Position numbers and translations under genes: made by a program
Part shown: positions 50,028 to 63,693 of the stretch, one piece after another
Layout of the letters: each line of letters opens with the position of its first letter
Numbering within the stretch: position 1 is the stretch's first letter
Notes under the pieces: model-generated
Told to the model about the DNA's origin: nothing
What the model saw: only the letters and a program-made list of their open reading frames with translations
The model's database searches: none
DNA from: Antedon mediterranea
Taxonomy: Eukaryota; Animalia; Echinodermata
Direction: 5' to 3'
Assembly (NCBI RefSeq): GCF_964355755.1
Contig: NC_092672.1
Coordinates: forward strand, 3,534,001-3,598,000
Length of the DNA: 64,000 bases

Positions 50028-53000
50028 AATGGAAGTGAACAAAAGCATCACATGGAGCATTGTGATTGATTTACATTTTAAGTATTACAAGTATTTTAAA
50101 AATGTATTTAAAAATGTAGAAACTTTAACAGAATATACAACTGTATCTACTGTATCTGCATTTGTTTGGGCAGAAAAAACCATTTTTAAATGTATTTAAA
50201 ATTTGTAAATGTCAAGATGCCATTAAATAATAATACATCAATTCAAGTAATAATATTTTCATTTTCAAACTACGAAAAAATTGCTATCTTAAGGTTATAT
50301 TTGAAAGTACTTATTGTTTCAGATGTATAAAAATCAAATTGATAATTTTGGCTATTTTTATTTTAAAACAATGAAAATATTGTTATTTGAGAGACATTTT
50401 AAACTAATTATTTCTACATAATGTTATGAATGAATTTAATTTAACAAGTTATATCCACTTATATGTATATACTGTAGATGATAAAGCATTGAGACAATAA
50501 ACATCCATATGTTTATTTTTAAGTATCTTTATTTCAGAAAGAAAGAAGTATGTATAAAAATGAACTATAAAAACAGAATTGTAAATAAGCAAAAATGTAC
50601 ATATCGGTGGTACACTGTGTGATCCGGTTAAGAGTTTTTTAAACATCATTTTTTGTTTGTTTCCATAGAGATAATGCATTTTTAGTTGCTATAGCCTAGA
50701 TACAGACATAGGTTCTCAACATATGAGATCATACAAAAACCAAACATAATATATATATATACTATACGGAATCAACTCTCTCAAAATTGTATTCCCAGAA
50801 TTATGTTCTTTTTATGTAAACAACTCCCATCATAAAACCAGATATAGACTGCATGTATTCATTAGAATCTAGTATAGCTGCTGTTTATCAAAATTCATGT
50901 TACATCATGCAACACCCCGATAAAACATTTTGAATGTCTTTCAAGGTATTTTATATTAAAATGTTTGGTCCGTAACTAATACATACAAATATCCAAAAAT
51001 CAAACAAATTCTGTCTATTTTTTTATTAAACATCTGGAGTTGATAAATCGATTATTTACATATTGTTTGATAAACATTAGTACAGCAAGTTTTGCATCGT
51101 CTTGAAATTTCAAATTTACTGTTCCAATATCTTACCGCAAATGGTTGCTTTACTTCCTCCATATATTACGCAATATTTTTGTAATTATCATGAATTTTTA
51201 GAATATAATTATGCATGTTAAATTGTAAAATAAAATCAAAATTTCTTGATGATTTATAATATATCAATATTTGTTTTAGATATGTATATATCTATATATG
51301 TCTATTGCACTATGCAAATTATAATAGCATGAATGTTGTTTCATTTTTTAGCTGTTTAGCATTTTAGGTTTAGGTGAGGGGATTATAAAAAACCATGAAA
51401 TGTTAATATAAACACACAAAACGAATCCAAATGAGTGTCGTGTTTCCGCTAAACATCAAATATCAACGAAAAATACACCCAAAATGTTTGTGTCTGAGGG
51501 CATCATCTAATTTCAACTACTTTTGGTGTTGAGTCCGTAATCATTGTTATTATTCCAATACTTCACATCTTAATATCTTCTTCATTATTAGAATGTTTTA
51601 ATCTGACTGATTGACAGAAGTCTGTCCCGCTCATGCACGTTGTCACTTTCTGAGGCGCACCCTAAATCCAGTATTGCTTTCATTTTGTAGCTTACATATT
51701 TCAAAGTAAAGGAATACTCCGTGTGTAACAAAATCAATGGCCGTAAATAGTTCCGAATTGTATAGTTGACAATTTAAAAAAAAAAACAAACAATTTGTCA
51801 GAGGCCGGGAAGCGATTTTTTATTTCGTACATAAGTTTGGGCCCCTTATGTGAAAGATAGCCAAACTACTTAAGTTCATAAATACAGTATAACTAAACCT
51901 AACCCTCTATAATCTCTCTCTCACTAAAGTAAAAGGAACTTGCTCATCGGATTCGAACCCCATACATCGACAAGTCCGACAGAAAACCTTTGTATTAGCG
52001 AATTGTTAGCTCATTTCTAACGTAGCTTAGGAAAAATGATTAATGAATATTCATGTTAATTTTGTGACGTCTCATGAGGGGTCCCCAAATTATGTAAGAA
52101 AAGAAATATCGTGGCCGGGAAAAGTACGCTTTTATTATAATTAATAATCATGCCATGTGAATTATTATTAAGGAAGACAAACCGTGCGGAGCACAGGTTT
52201 CTGGTAGACCACACTTTAATTACTCTGAAGTAGCAAGTACGTAACAAATCTCCCATACAAAAAAATTGCAAAATATCAAAACCAGTGAAATAAAAATAAA
52301 AATGTTAATGAATAAACTTAATTCGTGTTTCCGCATCAATGTGTTTTTCATTCGATTTTTTTTGTCCACTTTTTTTTTATCTCTTCGAAAAACACCCAAA
52401 ATAATATAGTTTGGCATTTTTATACTTCCGTTATATGTTTGCGCGTATCATCTAATTTACACAGCACAATTTTTCTTTAGCGTCTTTTATTTTCCAGTAA
52501 AAAGTAAAGTCAAAGTTCTATATCCACTCTACTATTGCTATAATTGTTTAGCCTACATTATTATATTGAAGTGAAGGAATAGTGTATAACAAACCAATAG
52601 CCGTAAATACAGTAGTTCCTAATTTTATTCGTGACACAATTTGTTTTTATTTTAATAATTTAAGTGCGCTAATTCTTTGATTTTGTCATGAAAACCTTCA
52701 AACAATTCTTATATTCTTCCATTTTCTTTCTTTGTCAAGTCGGCATTCATCATTTTATACCCACCTTTTACATATTTGATATTGTTTTTATGCTAAAACT
52801 GGCATCTTTGCACCGTCCTCATGATGACTCAGCATTATCGCATCGTTACTACGCCGACAATATTACAAAACAATTATTGTTGTATTGTATTTAAATTCTG
52901 GATAGAAAAAAAAACGAATTTGGTTATATTTTGACATCGACATAGTGATGAAAAATTAAATTGATAAAATAAATTATTTTTCAAAAACTGGTGGTACGGT

Positions 53001-53414
53001 CTCATTGTCCGTTGAAGGCGCTCTTTGGTTTTTTTATTTAAAACGAGTAGAGAGCAGGAGGTGGGTATGGTTTTGGTATCAATTCACACAGCGCGGCCTT
53101 TATGAATAATATAAAAGGTGTAGGCCTAACCTGTTCTTAAGAGACACAAAACTTAGGTAAGCTGGGTGTTTATAGTTTTTTTCTGTTTTGGTATTACGCT
53201 AGGCCTACTGGTGCCTGCCTGGCACCTAACTAACGTGACAATTATCACACACAGCCAGCCAGCAGGGTGTACCGGCATTTATTCGGTGTATGTACCACTC
53301 TTTTCTCCCCTAGCCCAAACAACAACTCTGGAGAGTCGGAGGAGGGAAGTATCTAGTTTAGAGTCTACTACTAGGCCTAGGCCTAATTAACGTGACCTCA
53401 ATGTCTGATCAGAA

Positions 53415-54749
53415 TTGTCTTCATCTTCTCACAGCAGGATGGCAGTGAGTGACATACGTGAAGATTATAGCTGCTACACACAAACAATGGAGTTATTAAA
53501 TACCTCCACCACGACCATGTAGGTCTCTACCTCCATGTACAGAGACAGAACTACTGTCGTCTAGATGGCTGTTGACAGGTATAAGCACTCATGGATACAG
53601 AGTAAAGAAACAGCTAACTTTTGCCAATTTGTAAATGTAAATTATAGTTAATGCACAATTATAAATGGCCAGTTAATATAGACATTTCATTCATTCTGAT
53701 TTTATCAGCAACTAGGTCTACTGCATGCTGTATTAATTATTACGTTTCTGGTTTTTTTTTTAAGAATGAGTGCAAGAATGTTTTTACTGATAGACAACAT
53801 CAACTTGACAACAGCTGACACAGTCACTATATGAGACATTGATTGGGTAAGTTAAATAAATAATTACTACATTTTATTACAGCGTGATCAATAATCTGCC
53901 ATACAATTTACACACAGAGTGCAATATGCTTTTTTGCTGCGCACTTTTTGCACTCAAGTGCATAATAGAGTGACAAAATAAAGAGCGCACACATGACTCA
54001 TTTCAGCGCGTCTGATTGGCTACATCCTTGAACCCATGTTATAATAATTAGTCACAAGCTTGTGGTGTAATGTTTGTTTTAGTGTAGTGACTTTCAATAC
54101 ATTGTAAAGTAGCATTTATAGCTGTATTATAGAATCCACAGTCAGATCTACAAGCCCAAGATTGATGCCAGAGAATTGGTCAAGAAAAGCCAGTGATTGT
54201 CTACAGGTTAGTGACCATTAACACCATGGACCAGAAGATAGTGGAGAGAGCAGCTGCAAAGAGGAAGCTGGAGAAGATGATCATTCATCAAGGTCAGTTT
54301 TGTCTTTCACACCTCCCTAAAACCTAAAAACCCTCCTGAACAATAAACGCCCGGGGTGTTTATTCATATAAATACGTTAAATTAATCATATTGTTTTATA
54401 TACTTCTACTGCAGTATGCATTGATTGTTTTCATTCATTTCATTATCTTATTTTCTTTTTAGGTAAATTCAAAGGCAGTAAAACTATGGTGAGAGACTCA
54501 AAAGCTGTGATGGATCCCATGGAACTACTGAAAGTGTTACGCTCCACTGATTGCTCTGGCATTATCAAAAACTGTAAAGAACAAGTCATCAGTGACGCAG
54601 ATCTTGAGCTCCTATTGGATCACAGCGACCTTGTTGGGAATAACGTGGGAAAGAAATTGAAACCAGTAAAGGAGAATGAAGCGTTTAAGGTTCTGGAATC
54701 CTGCGATGAGAATGTCATGGAGTTAAAGATCTCAGCTAGAGAAGGATAA
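53415..54749 (+). pseudogene. HELLS: HELLS/LSH (SNF2 helicase) unprocessed 3' pseudogene fragment, copy B, ~4 exons
   Basis: Exon relics VFIFSQ..NYCRLDG and INLTTADTVTI*DIDW|gtaagt. Exon 54133-54292 reads [52 protein letters not shown], with TGA at 54163-54165 in place of the conserved Arg. The last exon 54463-54749 has VISDADLELLLDHSDL. These match the HELLS C-terminus. Confidence 0.92.
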
Positions 54750-54944
54750 CTAACCTGTCTCAACAATCTATTGCTTTTCATTATATTCTCCATCAAGATA
54801 TCCACATCAAATCCATGGCTCCTGGCTTTAAATTTACTACAGTACTGGGTTCACATACCCAATATTGCACAAATTGAAATCTGGGATTGTTAATGGTATT
54901 TATGACATTTATTTCTATGCAAGTAGTTACTGTTATTTTCTGCA

Positions 54945-55460
54945 CAGCACAGTGTTCAGGTTTAAACTATTGTTAACACCAAGTGTTATTACAAGTCAGC
55001 ACAGTGTTCAGGTTTAAACTATTGTTAACACCAAGTGTTATTGCAAGTCAGCACAGTGTTCAGGTTTAAACTATTGTTAACACCAAGTGTTATTACAAGT
55101 CAGCACAGTGTTCAGGTTTAAACTATTGTTAACATCAAGTGTTATTACAAGTCAGCACAGTGTTCAGGTTTAAACTATTGTTAACACCAAGTGTTATTAC
55201 AAGTCAGCACAGTGTTCAGGTTTAAACTATTGTTAACATCAAGTGTTATTACAAGTCAGCACAGTGTTCAGGTTTAAACTATTGTTAACACCAAGTGTTA
55301 TTACAAGTCAGCACAGTGTTCAGGTTTAAACTATTGTTAACACCAAGTGTTATTACAAGTCTGCACAGTGTTCAGGTTTAAACTATTGTTAACACCAAGT
55401 GTTATTACAAGTCAGCACAGTGTTCAGGTTTAAACTATTGTTAACACCAAGTGTTATTAC
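54945..55460. repeat. 52-bp tandem repeat, ~10 copies (paralog of 28074-28952)
   Basis: Same unit and same flanks as in copy A. Confidence 0.97.
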
Positions 55461-56433
55461 TCTTACAACATAAAGAAAATCAAAGACTGTACACAAATAT
55501 ATCTGAAAATTAAGTAGAACTTTTAATTATTCCAATCTATATATTTTCACCCTTAAATTTATTTTATACATAATTATATTTCACTATTTCTACATCATAA
55601 CATAACAAATAAGTCTACATCAAAAAATATATTTAAAAACACAGCAATGAAACTAATCATTGATATCAAACTATATTATATAATGTCTTCATTGTTTTAT
55701 TTTTGTTATTTTTAGTTTTACAAATTCTACTACAACTTTGTTCTGTTGTTGTTACTGTGCCAAAGACATCTCATAATGCGTTTATTTGTTAATATAATTT
55801 CTAATTACGTTTTCATTTAATAAAACTGCTTTTGATAACAAATTACGTTTCATCATTACACATTATGTTAATGTTATGTTTTGTAGTTTCAAGTTGTACC
55901 ACTTTACTTTTAGTATTTAACCATCCAACCTAATTATAAAAGAATTGTATTAATTACATTTGATATAATATTATCACATAATTACTTTAAAACACGCACA
56001 ACCAATTCTATACAATATATCAAGTAAAAAACATTGCATTATTATAAAAGAATAATTTTCAATAAATATGGCAGCACAGCTTATAAAGATTATAATGAAT
56101 AAGAAACAAACATTCTTGTTTATCTGCATGCTACAGCTGTTAATAATTATTACTTGCGTTGCTAGTGTGCCGCGTGCGGAAGTACGCGCGCGCGCGCTCC
56201 ATCGATGAAGGTAAAATGTCAAAATAAAATGTTTAAAAACATTTTATGTTTTAGATTATCATATTGATTTAATCTACTATACAATTTATATATAAAAGTT
56301 CGTTTTTATATTGAATACAAATTTAATGTTAGAAATGCAATTATTTGCGATATTAAAAATTGACACCTGCTTGCTGCGAGATTTAAAAATGTGTTTGTTA
56401 TATAGTAGAAGTAACATACGTTATCAGTGAAAA

Positions 56434-58442
56434 CTAATAAAGATGATCAAATGTAATATTTCTTATTGAACACTTTTCAGACACGTGACGAATGTCGTCA
56501 GCTGATAGATTGCAATCAATCATGTTAAGGTACCACAGCTTAGGACACATAATGAGAAATGAAGACAATGAATTAACATCAATGTTGTGAAGGTTACTAC
56601 GAGAGATAAGGAGAGTACGTAATGCTAATTGAACTTGTTTGAGAGAACATTCTGATACAAAGTCATGAAATACATCACGTGATAGATTCTTAATCCAAAC
56701 AACGACACATTTATCTTGAATGCCTAAAATGTGTGCAATAACTCTTCCCTTTCGCTCCAATGCCATCTTACTACAAAAGGCATAGACACTATCATCATCA
56801 TATTGCATACAATACAATTGCATAATTAGACGTATGAAATGCCCGTCACATTGTACACCTGGACTAATGTAATCAATAAACATTCTTATGGAGGTAGATA
56901 TATCATCCAAATGATTATTTATTTCTAAATCTTTGCTTGTCATGTAATTAATTAATTCATTTACCACAGCATCTTTATGTTGTTTTTTAACAAAGTTTAA
57001 ATTTCTCGGCAGATTGCGATATGTTGACAAACGATCTGTAACCCAATGCTTGAGGAAACCGCCAGCTTTATCACCAAGGAAACCAATTGCAAACTCTCTC
57101 GCTCTGTATAAATGCTTACTCTCTCGTATCACCTCCCACTCATCATCATCCAATGGTGTAAGTAATTTTCGTACATCTGAGCACTCATTCTCCATACCTT
57201 CACTTTCACATAATTTGCACAAGTAAAATCCTACCAATGACTCTACTATTAATTTGTGAGGAGGCATATAAATGTTATCAAATTTAGATTTTGAAATTGG
57301 CGCTTCTTCGTAAACGAACCCGATTTTTAAGGCCATATCAACCATATCTTTGTTCGAATGTTCAGTCAAATCCGTTTTGTTTATTGAAAGTTGGTTTACT
57401 TTTAAGCTATCATACATAAATTTCCCTAATAAAATCATAGCATTTACATACTTCACTGGTGTTTTATCAAATTCAGAAATCTTTGTTATTTTTTCTCGTT
57501 TGTTGAACTGATTCAAAATACTACGAAAGAGTTCTTTGAAGAGGTCAGTTTTATTTTCGGGGAGACTTTGATTATCTTCCCACAATATACAGAGTGAAAG
57601 AAGTAGCATCGGGTTTTTGCACATTGCATACGCTTCAGGATGTTTTAGCTCTCGCTCTCTTCTAATAAGCTGGATAAAAGACGTAGGCCTAACTGTTTCA
57701 AGATGCGTGTCAATATCTAATTCCTTTTTAAGGGATTTTCCCAATTCTGGTTTTTCAAAATAATCAAAATGTTTGTCAATGTATTTTCCTATGCTCTCGT
57801 CATTAAATCCCCTAACCCTTACATGTACGTTACTCTCTTTTACAAATTCGTATATGTTTTCTGATCGTGAAGTAAGTATCACTGTACTTTTCTCTAAATA
57901 CTCATTTCTGAACAGACTAATTACGCTTGGATTATTAAATCTCAATTCATCTAACCCATCTAACAACAACACTAGGTTGTCTTTATGGGTCTTTAGAACA
58001 TTTTGAAATGACACTTTTTTAATAATTTGTGTACACCTACTGAAATCTTTCATATCAATTTCCTTTACAATCATATCCAAGATGTCGTCATCTTGTTCTA
58101 AATCTCTTAAACTTAAAAGAAATACAATTTTACCTTTAAATACTTTTGATTGCCCAGTAGCCCAATTGTATGATAAATGCCTTAATATGGTAGATTTACC
58201 TATCCCACCCTCGCCATCTATAAGAGCTCTACATCCAGGTGTGGAGCTGATAACATCTACCACTTCTGTTAATGTTATTTGCTTGCTTCCTTGATTGTTT
58301 TCAGTTTCCTTCAGTAGTTCCATATCGGTAAACATCTGTGAAATGTCAACTGTGTATCTACCATGCATTGTTGCTGGTGTAAATCTACTGGCCTGGCTAC
58401 ACAATTTCTTTTGTCTTTGAAGCAGGTATTCTTTAAATTTTT
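56434..58442 (-). CDS. NLR gene B, last exon: NACHT NTPase, winged-helix/HD2 region and 2-3 LRRs
   Basis: GEGGIGKS, LLLDGLDE, ILTSR, NPMLL and PHKLIVE motifs. LRRs LRTLLISRSNL and LWYLNMIDCNL. The acceptor at 58444-58443 is in frame (phase 1). Confidence 0.92.
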
Positions 58443-59995
58443 CTAATGAATATAAGATAAATAATAAGAAAATATGTCAAGAAAGATATTTGATTTAAGT
58501 TAATTTTAATTTAGAAGGCCTACAATTTCCTCCGTTAACGGTCGCACTTTCAAAGCCCGTTTGTTCTTCCTATTTAATTAGTGCATTTTGGTACCTCCCG
58601 TAAACGGCCGCGGCCACTGTTTTTTTACTAAAAATGAATTTTTTTTTGTATGGTAATTTACCTCCCGTACACGGCCACCCGAAAATTCCTATTTACTTTT
58701 GACAAAAATACAATTTTGATAATTATATATTGTGCCCTATATATTATTATTAGCTTTATTTCAAAGCGGTTTATAAAAACATTTTGTGAAGAACATTCCT
58801 GTGTTTTTTAGATGAGATGAGAAAACTACACAGATTTTGACCGACCATTTTCATATGATAAAAGCTTTTAAAATTTGTCTAAAAATCATAAATAATACTA
58901 AACCACCTGATTATAAACAATAAATTACAATTAATAGCTGGATAATTTACAGACTCGTTGCGTTAAGAACGCCGACAAATATCGTGCATAGCCATAATAC
59001 GTGATTTTGGCCTTCTATCCGCGGCAGAACCTCTTGTTAGCGGTCACCTCCCGTAAGCGGCCTGTTTTCCCGGCCCCCGGAGGTTCAACTGTAATACATT
59101 GGGTAGTGGTTAAATTGAAGCCGAAGTACACCCAAGTAAATTATATAGAGGGCGAAAAACTCAATAATTATATTCAATCAAAAAGGAAGAAAACTGAAAC
59201 GACTGGATCCGAACCGATATTGTAGCCGTTATGTACCGTAGCAATCCACCGATTATAGTAAACTTCATATGTCGGTGTAAAGCGAATATTCTACATTAAC
59301 GGTTTCACGACATTAGCGGTTGTGTGACGCATGAATTAATTTTTTTTTGTAGGTGAATTAAAAGTTAAAGATTTTTCAGATATATCAGTATTACAACTTT
59401 TGCTTATACGACAGCAATAACAAATAATATTAACATATATATTCATTTAAGTTATTAGGTTAAAAGGCCATTTGTTACGGTGGACGTTTATGATTGAAAC
59501 TAAACTCACAATTATCTACGTCATAATTACATTCATTAATGATCATCCACAATATTGTATGCCAAATGACATACAATTCAGCATTATAGGCCCTAAAACT
59601 AACTGTGCAGTAAAAGGGATTATAGAGGGCGGCAAACAAAATATATCATTAATCAGAACGAAACTTTAAAATGTGTTTGAGTTAATATGATTGTAACTAC
59701 AGTACATCAGCATGAAATAGTACGGTCAATTACTATTTTTGAATTTGATTACAAAATTGTTTTATGGAGACATTTTATTTTCAAATTAATTATGATTAAA
59801 TGAGCAAAATTAAAGTAAGACAATGTGATTTTGTTTGGTAAACATTTCTTCAAACATAAATTATATATCTATCTAAACCCATCAAACTAAGTTTTACTTA
59901 ATATACTTTCTAAATAAGAAATTTATTTTTTTGTGATATTAATTTTTTAAATACTATATTATTATTAATGCGTACATATAACTTAAGAAACTCAC

Positions 59996-60127
59996 TTGAG
60001 TCTGATTTTTTCAAGCCCAATCTTTCGAGAACGATAACAAACCAAGATTTTCTGTTTCCTCGTGAGGCAGAGTCTTTATATTCTCTTCGCTTTCCTTGTT
60101 CTTCTTGAGTCGTCGACACTTCCTCAT
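59996..60127 (-). CDS. NLR gene B linker exon (132 nt, phase 1-1)
   Basis: Near-identical to 33458-33589 with the same splice sites. Confidence 0.8.
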
Positions 60128-60454
60128 CTGTTTAAGGAAAAATAACTAATTCTATCTTTTCTGAATATATTTTTTTTGGAAAACATTATTAATATTATTA
60201 CATTGCCGATTATCAATTGATCCATTAGGCATTATTTTTACTAAATTAAACTATTTATGTTTTTTCAGAGCTAGATAATATGATTGTTGTTAATGCATAA
60301 GAAATTTCGTTTTTCCATTGATTGTAGTATAGGCGGAATTATAGAGGGCGGCAAACACAACTTTTAATCCATCAGGGGTTGTCTAAATATGCTCAACAGA
60401 GGGCAGCAAACAGAAAAATAAACATTTTCAAACATAACACCGTGCGGAGTGTTA

Positions 60455-62768
60455 TAGTCCAGATCCCTATGTATTTTCGTGTGCAGATCATGGGGAAAGT
60501 GTAAACATTGTATTTTATGAATATTTCAATCATGCTGGTTATAAAAACCCATGTTGTCAAATTTCTAAAATTCATCTTTGACCTCTGACCTCAATTTGAA
60601 TGTTTTGACCCATTGAAAACAAAATGATCATATCTTTGCAACGCTTAGATTAAATGAAATAATTTTAGTGTCAAATTATTTGGGAGATGCATATTAATAT
60701 TCGTTCTAATGAAAAAGTTTGTCCAAAAATGGCTGGAAGTATGATTTTTGGCATATTTGACCTTTGACCTACATATCATATAACTCCGTAACTAATAGTT
60801 GGACAAACTTTAAATAGGGCTCAAATTAATCTGAAGGTATATGTTTCTATTCAGTCTAATAAGAACTTTTAAAAGAAAATAACCCGAAATATTTTTATTG
60901 ACCTTTGACCTGTACTGGTAGTACATATTTCTATAATCTCAAAAACTATTGGCCGTAAAATGGTTGTTTTTGTGAAATGGTTCGAACAATTTACATTTAT
61001 ATGTTTATAATAACAACATTTTATAGACATGTTAAAGAATTTTATTTATGATCACTAACTTTGTAATTTATTAACATCACTAGCATTTGTTATAATATTA
61101 AAATGTGTCATATTTGCTGATTTTACGCACTTCACATGAATTTATCAGAAAATATGTGTATTTAATATAATGTTGTTTTTTTTTATATAAAGACAATTTA
61201 ATTATCTATCAAATAAGACTATTTTCAAATTATTATGGCTAAAACTTAATTAGATACAGGCAAAAAAGTGTATTTTTACTTATGTGAACAGCGCCCTCAA
61301 TCTTCATTTTTTCCCAAAAAATACCACATTTTTATGTGGTTTCATAAACTTAGCTGGTTGTAACTTTTTAAAAGATTTGTTGTCAGTGACGTGTAACTTA
61401 CATACACCTTCTACCATATACTAAGTAAGTTTCTGAGATAAAATGAAAACAATATTTTTATAGCTTGATATTTTTCCTGAGGTTATTACATGGTGCATGC
61501 TAAAAATATTTTGATTTTGTGCTAAAAATCCATCTTTTTGGTCCAGTACAAACAATCTTGTACAGCCATTCTTACACAAACAGCATATTTTATTGGAAAG
61601 ATAATCATAATATCTATCCAATAAAATATGAATTTTGTGTATTATATCTGCTAGATAGCTTTTATTAAACCAAAAAGATGGACTTTTAGCTCAAAATTAA
61701 AATTTTTTTTTTGTGTGTATCATGTAATAACCTCAACAAAAATATCAAGCTATCGGAATATTTTTCTCATTTTTTTCAGAAACTGACCTAGTACGTTATA
61801 AAAGAGGTATGTAAATTAGAGGTTACTTTAAAAAGTCTTTAAAACAAAGTTATAACCTGTTTAGTTCAGGAAAACACATAAAAATGTGGTATTTTTTGGG
61901 AAAAAATGAAGATTGAGGGCGCTGTTCACATAAGTAAAAATACACTTTTTTGCCTGTATCTAATTAAGTTTTAGCCATAATAATTTGAAAATAGTCTTAT
62001 TTGATAGACAATTAAATTTTCTTTATATAAAAAAAAAAAACTTTATATTAAATAGACATAATTCTGATAAATTCATGTGAAGTGCTTAAAATCAGCAAAT
62101 ATAACACATTTTAATATTATAACAAATGCTAGTGATGTTAATAAATTATAAAGTTAGTGATCATAAATAGAATTCTTTTACATTTCTATAAAATGTTGTT
62201 ATTATACAACATATAAATGTAAATTGTTCAAACCATTTCACAAAAACAACCACTTTACGGCCAATAGTTTTTGAGATTATAGAAATATGTACTACCAGTA
62301 CAGGTCAAAGGTCAATAAAAATATTTCGGGTCATTTTCTTGTAAAAGTTCTTATTAGACTGAATAGAAACATATACGTTCAGATTAATTTGAGCCCTATT
62401 TAAAGTTTGTCCAACTATTAGTTACGGAGTTATATGATATGTAGGTCAAAGGTCAAATATGCCAAAAATCATACTTCCAGCCATTTTTGGACAAACTTTT
62501 CCATTAGAACGAATATTAATATGCATCTCCCAAATAATTTGACACTAAAATTATTTAATGTAATCTTAGCGTTGCAAAGATATGGTCATTTTGTTTTCAA
62601 TGGGTCAAAACATTCAAATTGAGGTCAGAGGTCAAAGATGAATTTTAGAAATTTGACAACATGGGTTTTTATAATCAGCATGATTCAAATATTCATAAAA
62701 CACAATGTTTACACTTTCCCCATGATCTGCACACGAAGGCACTTTTTTTGACATAGGGATCTGGACTA
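60455..62768. mobile_element. 2.3-kb non-autonomous foldback DNA transposon (Academ-like TAG termini, 3-bp TSD) in an NLR B intron
   Basis: TAGTCCAGATCCCTATGT ... ACATAGGGATCTGGACTA. TTA TSD at 60452-60454 and 62769-62771. The arms (~60455-61345 and ~61870-62768) are near-perfect inverted repeats, with weaker symmetry continuing toward the centre. It is absent in copy A (~33945). Confidence 0.92.
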
Positions 62769-63029
62769 TTAGTGTATTAAATTACTAATACAACATAAAT
62801 ATTTACTCTGAAAATCTAACTTTTTAGTAGACCTATTTTTATTTGTATTCAGAGATTCTCAAAGAATAATAATATGTGTAATATGAGTCTTACTTATTAT
62901 GAAGTTAACAAAATTTTTTTTTTTTTAAATAATGAAGCTTCCTAATTATTATTTCGTCCTACATGTGGTCAGGATTGGAATTAAATATCAAACAAGATTT
63001 TGTTTAAATATTATTCTGAAGCAACTAAC

Positions 63030-63445
63030 CTGTTTCTGATTTACCCTCTTTTCGAATTCCTTGTTTTTCATTACTACTGGTTGCCGCTTGCCCTGTTTAA
63101 ATAATAAAATAATAAGAATAAGAACAAAAAAAAAATAAAAATACTTACTTATTCTACCTTAAAAAAACTACCGATTGAGAGCAAAATTATACTTATTAGT
63201 AACTAACCTGTTTCTGATTTAACTCCTTTTCGCATTGCTTGTTCATCATTACTACTGGTTGCCACTTGACCTGTTTTAAGAATCAAATAATAAGAAAAAA
63301 AATTAGAAATCAATTATTATCATTCTACCTAAAAAACTAGCGATTGAGAGCAAAATTATACCGTACATTATTAGTAACTAACCTGTTTCTGATTTAACTT
63401 CTTTTGGCATTCCTTGTTCTTCATTACTACTGGTTGCCACGTGAC
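63030..63445 (-). CDS. NLR gene B: three tandem 63-nt phase 1-1 linker micro-exons (63383-63445, 63208-63270, 63030-63092)
   Basis: Each is flanked by AACAG and GTTAGT. Peptides: GHVATSSNEEQGMPKEVKSET, GQVATSSNDEQAMRKGVKSET and GQAATSSNEKQGIRKEGKSET. The exon-plus-intron unit repeats every ~176 bp. Confidence 0.8.
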
Positions 63446-63693
63446 CTGTTTAATAAATGACAGTATAAAACCTGAATTTATGCTACAATGATATTCTATA
63501 CTAAAAATATCAATTATTGCATTAATTCAACACAAATATTTTTCATTGTATATACAAATAATAATAATTAACATAACAAAACAACAGTTTTAACATGCAC
63601 CTTCAGTCGGCGGACATGGATTTAATGTTGTCAGACTGTTTTTTAATTTTTTTTACCAAATTAATGTTTTTTAGGCTTTTCGCACTAACATAC

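Larger units (their letters stand above)
52676..63225. repeat. Segmental duplication copy B
   Basis: Colinear with 16841-34438. It retains the ancestral, uninserted state at the 38-bp unit, the Academ site and the 8-bp-TSD MITE site. Confidence 0.9.

Noticed and set aside
51935-51965. tRNA gene (minus-strand GGTTCGAATCC B-box)
   Set aside because: No A-box at a suitable distance and no cloverleaf could be built. It is at most a SINE or tRNA remnant.
54486-54749. Stand-alone 87-aa gene or functional HELLS
   Set aside because: It is the last exon of a fragment whose upstream exons carry nonsense codons and deletions. The ATPase N-terminal exons are absent.
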